Below are positions 40,869-51,041 of a stretch of 64,000 nucleotides of DNA, one piece after another. A program made the position numbers and the translations under genes. The notes below the pieces were generated by a model. That model searched no databases and was not told the DNA's origin. It saw only the letters and a program-made list of their open reading frames with translations. The stretch's first letter is position 1. Each line of letters starts with the position of its first letter. Source of the DNA: Candidatus Latescibacterota bacterium (GTDB lineage Bacteria > Latescibacterota > UBA2968); contig OZ240241.1 of assembly GCA_965198115.1 (NCBI GenBank), forward strand, positions 3,520,001-3,584,000. The letters run 5' to 3'.

Positions 40869-42862
40869 ATGTCGGACGCACGAGACAAGCTGAGCGCGGC
40901 AATCGCGGCAAAAAAAACTGGACCCGCGACCAAGCCGTCTGCCCCGAAAGCCAAAAAGGCTGCGCCCGCAGCCGCTGCGCCGGCACCCCCCGCCCGCACC
41001 GCCAAACCCAAGGCCAAAAAAGCCAAGGCAAAGAAGAAGAAAGCCAAAAAGAAGAAGGCGAAGAAGAAGGGTTCGGGTGGCGGCCTTGGGAACGTTTTTG
41101 GGAAGATGGCCAAGACCTTCGTCGAGAAGCTGAAGGAAGCCACTGCCGAGATCAGTCCGCAGACGCTCATCGAATCAGCGAAGGACGGTATCCAGAATCT
41201 GAAGCCATCCCAGGACGGCAAAGGCATATCGGACGCCCCTGAACCGGCAACGGAGGCCCCCGAGACACCGGCATCACCTGCCACAGTGAGTGCGGATGCG
41301 CCTGCCAGCGACGCACAAATGGCGGACACACCTGCGGCGGACGCCCCAGAGCAGCCAGTGGATTTCTCGCCCGCAAAAGTTCAGCGGGCACCCAAAAAGC
41401 GGGCGAAAAAGGCAAAGACGACCCAGGCGGAGTCAGCCGAACCAACTGAAGAGGCTGCCGCTACTGCCACGCCCGAAGGGGCCGATGACGAGGTTCAAGC
41501 GGTGGCCGCAGCACCGGAAGGCACGGCCGAATCGGCCCCCGAAGTCGCGGAGGAAGAGCCCACTCAGGCTGAAGAAACCCCGGTCGACGAAGGCCAGCCC
41601 GCCGCACCCGTGGATGACCTCGAAGCCGCCGAGGCCGTTTCTCCAGCGAAGGTCAAACGGACAGCCAAAAAGAGGACGAACCGTCGGAGGAGCCCGAGTC
41701 GTCACCGGTTGAGGTTGATGGAACCGAACCAGACCCGAGTGAACCCGAAGCCGATTTCCTACCTGAAGAGGAAGCCGAACCCGTGGAGGCCGCAACGGCC
41801 GAGGAGGAGGTCGCCTCCGACGATGATCCGGCTGCCAAAGTGGAAGAACCCCAGGAGGCGACCGAGGTCGTCGCCGAAGCAGAGGAGGCGGCTCCCGAGG
41901 CTAAAGAGGAAGCCTCTTCAAACGGCAAACAGGCAGCCAAGAAACGTCCCAAACGAACCCAGCAACAGGCCAATGTTTCGCGTGAAGAAGAACTGATTCG
42001 CGGATTCCACGCGCTCCACACTTTGCTGAACAATCAGATCTGGTGCCCGATCACCATCGACACCGACGCGAAGCCGAGTTCGATTTTTGCGCCTCGTCAG
42101 CACTTCGACAAACAATGGGCGGATCAGACTTTCAAAGATGGTTTGAAGGCAGCGAGCAAGCTGGCCAACAGCTACACCTTCAACCCGGACAACATCGATT
42201 TCGACCAACGTGTGATCGATGCCATCAGTGGATTCAAGTTCGACCCGAATAACTCGATCAAACCCCATACCGAGTTGATCGGGAAGGCGATCGGTTCAAA
42301 GACCGCTGAGACCGTGCTCAAGATGATGAAACGCGGGGATGTGAGTAAGCTGCTTCATTCCGCCGGAACTCGCCTGGCCACATTCGTGCCGACGATCGAG
42401 ATACTTGCCCGAATCTATCTCGGCCTTCGAAAGAAGGACGACATCATCCCAGGCGAACGGCTGAGGATTCAGGAAGAAGTCCTGATGAAGTATTCTAACG
42501 GGCCCTACACGGAAGACATGGGTAAGAAAGCCCGAAATCTGTCTCTGAACTACTTCACGGACTACCTCTCCGAATATGGCATCAGGCTTTACAACGAGCG
42601 GGTAGCCCGGGCACCCGAGGGACAGAATAACCTGGCCGGACAGAAGCGGCGTCACGAGACGATCAAAGACAACTGCGTCAATCTCATGAGGGATTGGGGA
42701 ACGAAGACGGGAATGTCGACACCGGCTATGTGGAACCTGGAGGCGCGTTTTAGCGAGATGGCCGACAAACAACTCGCAGAACTCGTCGGAGAGGTAGATC
42801 GGAAAATTGTAGGAAAATCGGCCCGGGCCCCCGATTGGTCCGGGCTTTCTTTTTGGCCCTGA
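40869..42862 (+). CDS. large hypothetical protein: K/A/P-rich N-terminus, acidic disordered linker, globular C-terminal domain (frameshift in A-run ~41668)
   Basis: Adding one A joins ORF 40845..41996 to the frame of 41783..42862 through a continuous E/P/A-rich stretch. Confidence 0.7.
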
Positions 42863-42923
42863 CCTTCGCACGGGTTACCTTTCGGTCGTAGACGCTGCAC
42901 ATCGCAACGGAATCCTGCTCCTT

Positions 42924-44318
42924 ATGGCGAATATTCTGATCATCGACGACGAAGGCAACATCAGACAGCTGGTCAGAAACGCCCTCACGAAAGCGGGCCA
43001 CGAACCCGTGCTCGCAGAAAACGGGGTCGAAGGCCTCGAATGCGTGAGGCAGAACCGCCCAGATCTGATCCTGCTCGACCTGATGATGCCGGTCATGGAT
43101 GGATATGCGTTCCTCGACCACCTCAACAGCCTCAACTTCATCCCATCTATCCCGGTCATCATCCTGACCGCGCTCAACCAGGGCTCGCAGGTGGCCGACG
43201 GTCTAAAGCAGGGAGCCAGCGACTACATCACCAAACCGTTCAACTTCGATGAGCTGATCGCCCGGGTCGAAGTCCAGCTGCGAATCAAGGAAGAAGAGCG
43301 GGAAATCCGTCAGTCCGAGACGTATTATCGGGCCATCTTCGAGACCACGTCCGACCCCGACATTCTCCTGGACGAGAGTGGCACCGTCGTCCAGGCCAAC
43401 AACGCCGCCAACGATCTGTTCGGGAACGGGAAGGCGCTCGCGGAGATTCCGTTCCAGGAGCTCGTGGCCAACGACGAGCGACCCAAGTTCGCTGTCGCCT
43501 ATCGTGGTGCCATCGAAGGTAGCGAGATTCCGATCTTCGAATCGCACTTGCAGACACCCGACGGCCTGGTGCATCCCTTCGACGTCGACATCGGTCCCGT
43601 CGACATCAATGGCGTTCGACACCTGATGGTTCGCCTTCGCGACATCCGGCGTCGCATGGCAGCAGAAGCTCGGTCGACCATGATATTCCAGCACATCGGT
43701 GACAGCATCTTCATCACCGATAGCAAGGGCATCATCATGCTCGCCAGCCACAGTGCCGCCGAACTCCTGAACGTCCCCGACGAAATGATTGTCGGCCAGG
43801 ATCTGGCGACCTACCTGGATGCCGAGAACTACAGGAACTGGGAGGCGATCACCTCGGAACAGGGAAGACAGGACGCGCCACCCGCCGTGTTCGAATCCAC
43901 ACTGACGCGAGAAGACGACAACGAGGTTCCTCTCGAATGGACGTTGGCTAGGTTCCGAGTCGGGAGCGAGTCTTTCTTCATCGGTGTTGCGCGCGACCTG
44001 TCCGATCGTCTTGCAGCCGAGCAACAGCGTTACGAAGCTGAACAGATGCAGACCCTCCTCGAGATCGCAGGGGGCGCAGCTCACGAGATCAACCAGCCTC
44101 TCACCGCCATCCTCGGCTACGCCGAGATGTCTTTGGCCCAGCTCAACGAGAACGAGCCTCTGCACACGCACCAGAAGCACATCGCCGAAGCCGCATTGCG
44201 CATCACCGAAATCGTCAAGCGGATGCAGGGCTTGCGCGAGTACCGCACGCGGCCGTACGCGAATGGTCAACGAATCGTCGACTTTCGCCCTGAAGAAGAA
44301 CGAAGACGGGAGGAGTGA
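42924..44318 (+). CDS. REC-PAS-PAS-HisKA signalling protein without ATPase domain
   Basis: ILIIDDE/LLDLMMP receiver, two PAS folds, AAHEINQPL, then stop ~60 aa later. Confidence 0.85.
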   Translation: MANILIIDDEGNIRQLVRNALTKAGHEPVLAENGVEGLECVRQNRPDLILLDLMMPVMDGYAFLDHLNSLNFIPSIPVIILTALNQGSQVADGLKQGASDYITKPFNFDELIARVEVQLRIKEEEREIRQSETYYRAIFETTSDPDILLDESGTVVQANNAANDLFGNGKALAEIPFQELVANDERPKFAVAYRGAIEGSEIPIFESHLQTPDGLVHPFDVDIGPVDINGVRHLMVRLRDIRRRMAAEARSTMIFQHIGDSIFITDSKGIIMLASHSAAELLNVPDEMIVGQDLATYLDAENYRNWEAITSEQGRQDAPPAVFESTLTREDDNEVPLEWTLARFRVGSESFFIGVARDLSDRLAAEQQRYEAEQMQTLLEIAGGAAHEINQPLTAILGYAEMSLAQLNENEPLHTHQKHIAEAALRITEIVKRMQGLREYRTRPYANGQRIVDFRPEEERRREE

Positions 44319-44336
44319 GGCTCCTCCTACGACGAA

Positions 44337-45089
44337 TTATCGTTTGCGATTGATCAGACTGGCCGCGTACCCGGCGCCAAACCCGTTGTCGATGTTCACG
44401 ACCGTCACTCCCGAACTGCAGCTGTTCAGCATGCCCAGCAGGGCGGCCAACCCGCCAAAACTGGCCCCATAGCCCACGCTCGTCGGTACTGCCACCACCG
44501 GCACGTCGACGATGCCTCCGACGACGCTCGGAAGAGCTCCCTCCATACCTGCAACCACGACAACGACGGCAGCCTCGGCGAGCCGCTCGCGGTAGGCCAG
44601 CAGACGATGGATGCCGGCGACTCCGACGTCGAAGATCCGCTCGACCTCGTTCCCCATCACCGTAGCGGTTACCGCAGCCTCCTCGGCCACGGGCAAATCG
44701 GACGTACCTGCGGATACGACGGCAAGCCGCCCGATCGTATTCGGACGATCGGCTTCGGGATGAATCAGATGGGCGGTCCTGGCGAGTGGATTGTGCTCCA
44801 CGCCCGGTAGCGCCTCGACCAGAGCACGCTGAGTCGATTCATCGACGCGCGTGGCCAAGAGCGTACTCGATCGGGCGATGCGCTTCGCGATTTCTACGAC
44901 GTGATCGCTCCGCTTACCCTCGCAGAAAATGACCTCCGGGAAGCCCTTTCGAATCTCCCGGTGATGATCAACGTGGGCGAAGCCGAGATCCTCGAAAGGG
45001 AGATTGGCCAACTCGGCGACCGCCGCCTCGATGTCGAGCGATCCATCCCGAACCCGTTCCAGCAGCCGGGCGATCTGACCCGCGTTCAC
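44337..45089 (-). CDS. larB: LarB / PurE-like carboxylase
   Basis: DHHR..RKGFPEVIF, AGTSDLPVAEEA, DVGVAGIHRL, AGMEGAL and NIDNGFGAG motifs. Confidence 0.9.
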   Translation of the reverse strand: MNAGQIARLLERVRDGSLDIEAAVAELANLPFEDLGFAHVDHHREIRKGFPEVIFCEGKRSDHVVEIAKRIARSSTLLATRVDESTQRALVEALPGVEHNPLARTAHLIHPEADRPNTIGRLAVVSAGTSDLPVAEEAAVTATVMGNEVERIFDVGVAGIHRLLAYRERLAEAAVVVVVAGMEGALPSVVGGIVDVPVVAVPTSVGYGASFGGLAALLGMLNSCSSGVTVVNIDNGFGAGYAASLINRKR

Positions 45090-46066
45090 CTCTCCCCCCG
45101 TTCGGACCGATCGGCCACGTCCCTCAAAATGTGCTCGACCTTCTCGGGCTCATCCGCCGTAACCAGTCTACGCCGCACGTCGCCCAGGCCATCGATGCCC
45201 CGTACGTAGGCGGCCAGGTGATTCCGAAGCTCATAAACACCCTTTTGACGACCCTTCGCTTCGACCGATCGCCAGAGATGGTCGATGGCTACCGTTATCC
45301 GTTCGCGTGCGGAGGGCAGATCGGGCGTGTGCCGTCCCGCCAGACGTTGCTCGATCCGGCCGAACAACCACGGGTTTCCGATCGCCCAGCGGCCGACCAT
45401 CACCAGGTCACACCCTGTCTCTTCGACCATTCTCTCCGCATCCTCGGGGCTTTTGACATCTCCGTTTCCCGCGACAGGAATCTTCACGGCCTCCTTCACA
45501 CGCCGAATCACGTCCCAGTCCGCCTGACCCTTGAACTTTGCCTTTCTGGATCGCCCGTGGACGGCGATCGCCGCAGCCCCCGCCTGCTCGACGATCTTTG
45601 CCACCAGGGGAGCATCGTCGTCTCGATCCCATCCGCTTCGAATCTTGACCGTGATCGGGATCGGAACGGCCTTTTTCATGGCAGCAACGATCTGTCCCAA
45701 CCTCTCGGGTTCGCGCATCAACGCGGCACCCGCGTTCCGGTTGACGATCTTCTTGACGGGGCATCCGCAGTTGATGTCGATCAGGTCGGGGTTGCGTTCG
45801 GCAGCCACTTCGGCCCCCGCGGCCATCACACCCGGCTCCGACCCGAAGATCTGCACCGAAATAGGCGTTTCGTCGGGCTCGAAATCGAGATGCGCGCTCG
45901 ACCTGTCGCTTCCGTCGACCAGACCCTGGGCGCTCACCATCTCCGTGACCGCGAGGCTCGCGCCCTGCTCCCGGCACAGACGACGAAACGACCGGTCCGT
46001 GACACCGGCCAGGGGCGCCAGAACCGTCCTTCCCGTCAGTTCGACGTGATCGATCCGAACCTTCAC
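45086..46066 (-). CDS. dusB: tRNA dihydrouridine synthase (DusB/NifR3 type)
   Basis: LAPLAGVTD, DINCGCP, TVKIRSGW, VHGR and GNGDV motifs. Confidence 0.93.
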   Translation of the reverse strand: MKVRIDHVELTGRTVLAPLAGVTDRSFRRLCREQGASLAVTEMVSAQGLVDGSDRSSAHLDFEPDETPISVQIFGSEPGVMAAGAEVAAERNPDLIDINCGCPVKKIVNRNAGAALMREPERLGQIVAAMKKAVPIPITVKIRSGWDRDDDAPLVAKIVEQAGAAAIAVHGRSRKAKFKGQADWDVIRRVKEAVKIPVAGNGDVKSPEDAERMVEETGCDLVMVGRWAIGNPWLFGRIEQRLAGRHTPDLPSARERITVAIDHLWRSVEAKGRQKGVYELRNHLAAYVRGIDGLGDVRRRLVTADEPEKVEHILRDVADRSERGER

Positions 46067-46094
46067 GGCGTGATCTCCACGGGCCTCGGGCACA

Positions 46095-46125
46095 GAAAAG
46101 GCGCGCGACAGGTGCCGCGCGCCTT
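46095..46125 (-). terminator. intrinsic terminator between sORF and dusB
   Basis: AAGGCGCGCG-8 nt-CGCGCGCCTT followed by TTCT on the minus strand. Confidence 0.7.
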
Positions 46126-46148
46126 CGTCGACCCTGCGAATGCGGAAC

Positions 46149-46277
46149 TCAGTTTGGAGTGATCAACCACCGTTTCCACTGTGCCATGACGTGAAACTGT
46201 TGTTGGATTCTCTGGTATCGCGACAACATCTCGATGATCTTGAGTCGAAGGGCCATTTTTCGCAGATCTTCGGACAT
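46149..46277 (-). CDS. putative 42-aa small protein MSEDLRKMALRLKIIEMLSRYQRIQQQFHVMAQWKRWLITPN
   Basis: Strong GAGGAGGT Shine-Dalgarno just before ATG, and a terminator ~25 nt after TGA. Below the ORF-track cutoff. Confidence 0.55.
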   Translation of the reverse strand: MSEDLRKMALRLKIIEMLSRYQRIQQQFHVMAQWKRWLITPN

Positions 46278-46408
46278 CACACCTCCTCGATTGACGGCGA
46301 CGCACTAATTTTAGCCATCCCACTCGCGTAAGTCAATCCGGCCTTTACGGCCCAATAGCCCACATCTATATTGGCTGCCCTCAGTCCAGAACCCGAACAG
46401 GAGGCCGC

Positions 46409-47173
46409 ATGTCCGACAACCCACTCAAGGCTGCGTTCGCCGACGGCAAAGTCGCGCTCGGGCCCTTCGTGAACCTCGCATCCGGGGCACTGATCGAAAT
46501 CGCCGCCTTCGCGGGCTTCGACTTCGCGATCATCGACACCGAACACGGCCCCCTCGACATCCCCGTCGCTGAAGATCTCTGCCGGGTTGCCCGGAGCGTC
46601 GGCATCACACCGATCGTACGCGTACGTGAAAACGACCCTCCCCAAATCCTCCGGGCCCTCGACATTGGAGCAGATGGGGTGCAAGTCCCCCAGATCTGTA
46701 CACGCGAAGATGCGGAAGCCGTCGTCCATGCCGCCAAATATGCGCCCCAGGGGATGCGTGGCGTATCGCCCTACACGCGGGCAGCCCGTTACTTCGCAGA
46801 TGGGGCCGCCATTTTCGACCGGCTCAACCGCGACCAGATGATCATCGTGCACATCGAGGGGGTCGAAGGTCTCGAAAACCTGAGTGAGATTGTTCAGGTT
46901 CAAGGCCTCGACGTCATCTTCCTCGGGCCCTACGACCTCTCCCAGTCTCTGGGTATACCGGGACAGGTCGACGACCCTCGCGTCGTCGACCGAATGCGAG
47001 AGGCATCGGCAGAAATCAACGCGGCCGGATTGACCGTCGGCACCTTCGCGGGGACACCGGAAGCGGCTCGACGGTGGATCGATGCCGGGGTGCGCTACGT
47101 CTCCCTCTCCGTCGACACGGGAATCTACCTCGAAGGGTGTCGTCGAATGGTGGCCGAGACCCGCGGTACATAG
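46409..47173 (+). CDS. HpcH/HpaI family aldolase
   Basis: IDTEHG, RALDIGA.GVQVP, YAPQGMRG and FLGPYDLS motifs. Confidence 0.92.
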   Translation: MSDNPLKAAFADGKVALGPFVNLASGALIEIAAFAGFDFAIIDTEHGPLDIPVAEDLCRVARSVGITPIVRVRENDPPQILRALDIGADGVQVPQICTREDAEAVVHAAKYAPQGMRGVSPYTRAARYFADGAAIFDRLNRDQMIIVHIEGVEGLENLSEIVQVQGLDVIFLGPYDLSQSLGIPGQVDDPRVVDRMREASAEINAAGLTVGTFAGTPEAARRWIDAGVRYVSLSVDTGIYLEGCRRMVAETRGT

Positions 47174-47226
47174 AAAAAGCGAAGCACAGCCACGCTTCGC
47201 TCTACGTGAACACCGGTTCTTTCGTG

Positions 47227-47670
47227 CTACCCGTTGTCCTCGTCCATGGCGGGTAGATCGTCACTCAGGATCGTACGCCGACGCGGTCGTTCCTGTGGCT
47301 GCCCGGACGTCTTTTCGCGCTCTTCCTGAACGGCGATCGTGTAGCGCGCGGTTGGAATCACCTTCAACCGCCCCTCGGGAATCAGCTCCCCGGAGACCTC
47401 ACAGACGCCGTAATTCCCAGCCTCGATCTTTTCCAGCGCGTGATCGATTTCGTCCAACTCCGCCCGTTCGTGGTTGCCCAGAGTCGTCAACAGCTCGAGC
47501 GTGGACGTGTTTCCGGCCAGATCGAGAGGGTCGGCCGGCTGGTCGTCCCTCAGTTCACCGATGTCGTCGTCCTGATCGATCACCTGCTTCAACAGCTCCG
47601 TTTTACGTGCCACAAGGAGCTTCTGAAACGTGGACAGCTTTTTCTTTGTGTATTTCTTGGCCTTTGCCAC
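47227..47670 (-). CDS. DksA/TraR family protein with degenerate zinc finger
   Basis: DPLDLA coiled-coil tip and ALEKIEAGNYGVCEVSGELIPEGRL..IP.ARY. Confidence 0.88.
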   Translation of the reverse strand: MAKAKKYTKKKLSTFQKLLVARKTELLKQVIDQDDDIGELRDDQPADPLDLAGNTSTLELLTTLGNHERAELDEIDHALEKIEAGNYGVCEVSGELIPEGRLKVIPTARYTIAVQEEREKTSGQPQERPRRRTILSDDLPAMDEDNG

Positions 47671-47819
47671 CGTGAACGTCCTCACTTCGGAGCAGCCGCC
47701 GGGGCCCGCTTCACTTTAATCAACTGCCGTACAGTCATGACCTCCGGCAAAGCCGGAGGCTTGAAAACTTGTGAACCGCTCAAAGCGGTTGGAAACCAAG
47801 CGCCACCTAAAGGTGGCGA

Positions 47820-48251
47820 TTACCTGAAAATGTTGAGCTGGTCGAGACGCCGGTCCTCCCGCTCCTGGTTCTGGATATACTCCCGAACCGTCTGTTCATC
47901 CTTGCCAACGGTGGAGACCCAGTAGCCTCTTGCCCAGAAATGCTGCCCGGTGAAGTTCGACCTGCGTCCCAGATAGTTCCGAGCAATGTGAATCGCACTC
48001 TTTCCTTTGATGAACCCTACCGTCTGAGCTACTGAGTGCTTCGGCGGGATCGAAATCAGTATGTGCACATGGTCGGATCGCAGGTGACCCTCTTCCACAC
48101 GGCATTCCTTCTGTGCGGCCAGATCCCGAATCACTCGCCCAGATAGCGACGAAATTTCACCATACAACACTTTTCTACGATACTTCCGAACCCAAACAAC
48201 GTGATACTTGCACTCCCATACCGTGTGACGTAGACTCCTTACGTTGTTCAT
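47820..48251 (-). CDS. tnpA: IS200 Y1 transposase
   Basis: As copy 1, with two compensating 1-bp indels near 48135-48152. Confidence 0.9.
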   Translation of the reverse strand: MNNVRSLRHTVWECKYHVVWVRKYRRKVLYGEISSLSGRVIRDLAAQKECRVEEGHLRSDHVHILISIPPKHSVAQTVGFIKGKSAIHIARNYLGRRSNFTGQHFWARGYWVSTVGKDEQTVREYIQNQEREDRRLDQLNIFR

Positions 48252-48323
48252 TAGAGAGCCTTCCTTCCGTGTGCTTTGAGCGGTCCACGGCAAGGGAGGC
48301 TCTTACATATTTCTGGAACTGTC

Positions 48324-49711
48324 GGTCAAGTCCCATAGTCAGTTGAAACTCATCGGGCTCCGTGGTATTCATGCTCTCTGCCGAGCATCTTGATTGTCGC
48401 CGAGATTCAGGTTGTTTTTCAGTGCTTGCCTGAGCAGCGGGAGGTGTTTGTATCCGCTCACGCGTCGCAGGCGTGGTTCGATGTCGAGGAGTGCGGCCGC
48501 GACCCATCTGTGTCGCTGAGGAGAGTTGTTCCAGCGGTTGACCTTCCGTATCAGGTTGCCGGTCATGCTGTTGAGCGCCTCGATGCAATTGGTGGTTCGG
48601 AAGCTTCGCTTCAAGAACGGGAGCATCCCCAGCCGGTGGAGGGTCAGGGTTTCCTCCAGTCCTTCCTCGAGGCTTGCCACGGCAGACTGATTCATCAGCT
48701 TGAGTTCGGGTTTGAGTGATTCGAGTGCGGCCTTTGCCTCCTCGTAGGTGTCGCAGTCATAGGCTTTCTGAAGTTTCCGTCGAACTCTTGGACGTTCTGC
48801 CTCCGGGAGGTAGCTGACGACGTTCTCGCGCTTGTGCCACTGACAGCGATGCACGCACACATCCCCTTTGAGGGCTTTGGTGACGGCACTGCGGAGTCCC
48901 TTTGAGCCGTCCAGCACAACGAGAAGGCCCTGGTCGTAGCACAGGCCTCTCCGGATGAGATCCTGGATCAGCTGACGGCAGATCCGTTCGTTCTCCGTCG
49001 CCGATTCGACGAAGCCCAGGGGGATCTTCTGGCCGTCCGTCGTGACGCCCGGAGCGATCACGATCTCTTCGTCGGCAAAGCTCTTTCCGTCGATGAACAG
49101 GGCGACCAAGTCGTAGTCGTCGAGCGGTCGTTCCTGGAACTGCTTCAGCTTCTTTGCGGTGGCTTTGATGAACCGTCGCGAGACGGAGGATGCCGAGATT
49201 CCGAACGCTTCGGGTACCGACTCTGCACAGGCTCTGTAGTTGCGACAGGAGATTCCCTTGAGCACACGAAGCAGCAGCTTCTCATCCATCGCTCTGGGCC
49301 TCTGCATCCCCCGGTATGCGGCCAGAGAAACCTCCGTATCGGACTCGACGTCGCGCACACGGGGAACGGCCACCGGCAGCTTCTGGTCCATCAGATACAC
49401 GGACCCTTTCTGGCTTCCCCATCGACGATGCGACTGCTCTGAACCCTTACGCGCATACCGAACGCCTGCGAGCTGCTCCACCTCCTGCTGGAGCACGTCG
49501 GCAACGGCCTCCAGACCCAGCGGAATCAGCGCCCGGATCACCGATAAACGCGTCTCCAAATCCATAACGTCTGACCCAACCTTGACTTCGCCATCCCCTG
49601 CAAATAGCTTCTCCATCGTGGGCTCCTTTCTTACGGGTACACGCTCTCACACGTCTACCCACAACGTAAGTTTGGAGCCCTTTAAGTTTCAACTAGGATA
49701 GGGACCTCACC
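48324..49711 (-). mobile_element. IS256-family element (transposase 48369..49616)
   Basis: IRs GGTCAAGTCCC..AGTTGAAACT and GGTGAGGTCCC..AGTTGAAACT. 8-bp TSD GAACTGTC at 48316-48323 and 49712-49719. FIDGK, LDGSKGL, RCQWHK and RTTNCIE motifs. Confidence 0.95.
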
Positions 49712-49991
49712 GAACTGTCAAACTCTGGGAGTCTCCCCGGCAGAGCCGGGGGCTTACCAAGGTTTAGTTAGTTACAACTAAAAACGAAGAAAAGTGAGAG
49801 GGTTTGGCCCCGCCTCACTCCGTAAATGTCACGCTGTACCAGAACACCCTTGAGCAGCCAGAATTTAGGGAAGCCGACCAGCGGAGTCAAGACCCCGTCT
49901 GCCGATCCGGCGAAACGAGCCAAAAACCAGCACGCAGGCCGAAGAATTTCCTAAAATCTCTTCGCCAGACCCACCGCCGAAGGAGTCACCC

Positions 49992-50390
49992 GTGAACACA
50001 TCACACACCGCCCAGTGGATCGTCGCCACCCTAGCTATCGTCATCGTCGGTGCCGGCCTTTACACGTTCGAAGCCCCGAGCCAGCAGCCGACAAAGAAGG
50101 TCGGTGAAGGCCAGATCGAAATCGCCGGCTGGAACTGGAAAAAGGACCGTTCTGGGAAGATCCTGGCCGTTTACGGATCCGTCCGCAACCTGACGGACCA
50201 GGACATACCGTCCGTCGTGCTCGAGCTGCGAACCGAAGCCGCGGGCAAGCCCATCAGCCACCACGCTATCCGGATCAGGAACATCCCTGCCGGTGGGGAG
50301 AAAGCGTTCCGCGAGGACGTCATCCGGACGGGCAAGGAGGAAATGGGATTTCTGACGATCAAATCCGTCGAGAAAACGGCCGACGAATAG
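49992..50390 (+). CDS. membrane-anchored small beta-sandwich (FxLYD-like) hypothetical protein
   Basis: N-terminal TM, then VYGSVRN.T...NIPAG.EK.F pattern. Confidence 0.6.
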   Translation: MNTSHTAQWIVATLAIVIVGAGLYTFEAPSQQPTKKVGEGQIEIAGWNWKKDRSGKILAVYGSVRNLTDQDIPSVVLELRTEAAGKPISHHAIRIRNIPAGGEKAFREDVIRTGKEEMGFLTIKSVEKTADE

Positions 50391-50393
50391 AGA

Positions 50394-51041
50394 TCAGGCC
50401 GCCGATGGACAATCGTCGCTGATCGGACACTCGGCACAGTTGGGGCGCCGCGCCTTGCACGTCTTGCGACCGTGCCTGATCAGCAAATGCGAAAACAGCG
50501 TCCACTCTTCCCGCGGCACCACTTTCATCAGGTCGCGCTCCACCTTCACCGGGTCCTTTTGCCGGGTCAACCGCAGGTGGTTCGAGATCCGCCCGACGTG
50601 CGTGTCGACCACAACCCCCTCCTCCTTCCCAAACGCGTTGCCCAGCACGACATTCGCTGTCTTGCGTCCGACCCCGGCCAGGGCCGTGAGCGTATCCATC
50701 GCGTCGGGAACATCGCCGCCGTGTTCCTCCACGAGCGCTCGACAGCACCCCTTGATCGATTTCGCCTTGTTCCGGAAGAATCCGGTCGAGCGAATGTGGT
50801 CTTCGATCTCCGGAAGCGGCGCCTTCGCAAAATCCTCGGCTGACCTGTAGATCTGGAACAGATCCGCCGTCACGGCGTTCACCCGTTCGTCCGTACATTG
50901 GGCGGACAGAATCGTCGCGATGAGGAGCTGAAGCGGCGTCTCATACGTCAGCGAACAACGCGCGTCGGGGAAGGCGTCCTTGAGCACTGCGATGATACGC
51001 TCGGTGCGAGCCGTCTTGTTCTTGAGCGACTCAGGTGGCAT
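50394..51041 (-). CDS. nth: endonuclease III
   Basis: LSAQCTD, GVGRKTANV, VDTHV and C-X6-C-X2-C-X5-C FeS motif. Confidence 0.96.
   Translation of the reverse strand: MPPESLKNKTARTERIIAVLKDAFPDARCSLTYETPLQLLIATILSAQCTDERVNAVTADLFQIYRSAEDFAKAPLPEIEDHIRSTGFFRNKAKSIKGCCRALVEEHGGDVPDAMDTLTALAGVGRKTANVVLGNAFGKEEGVVVDTHVGRISNHLRLTRQKDPVKVERDLMKVVPREEWTLFSHLLIRHGRKTCKARRPNCAECPISDDCPSAA

Larger units (their letters stand above)
47733..49770 (-). mobile_element. IS200/IS605 element copy 2, interrupted by IS256
   Basis: Matches copy 1 on both sides of 48324-49711. Confidence 0.92.

Noticed and set aside
44337-45089. Nickel-pincer cofactor gene cluster
   Set aside because: Only larB is present; larA, larC and larE are not in the window, and scattered lar genes are common.
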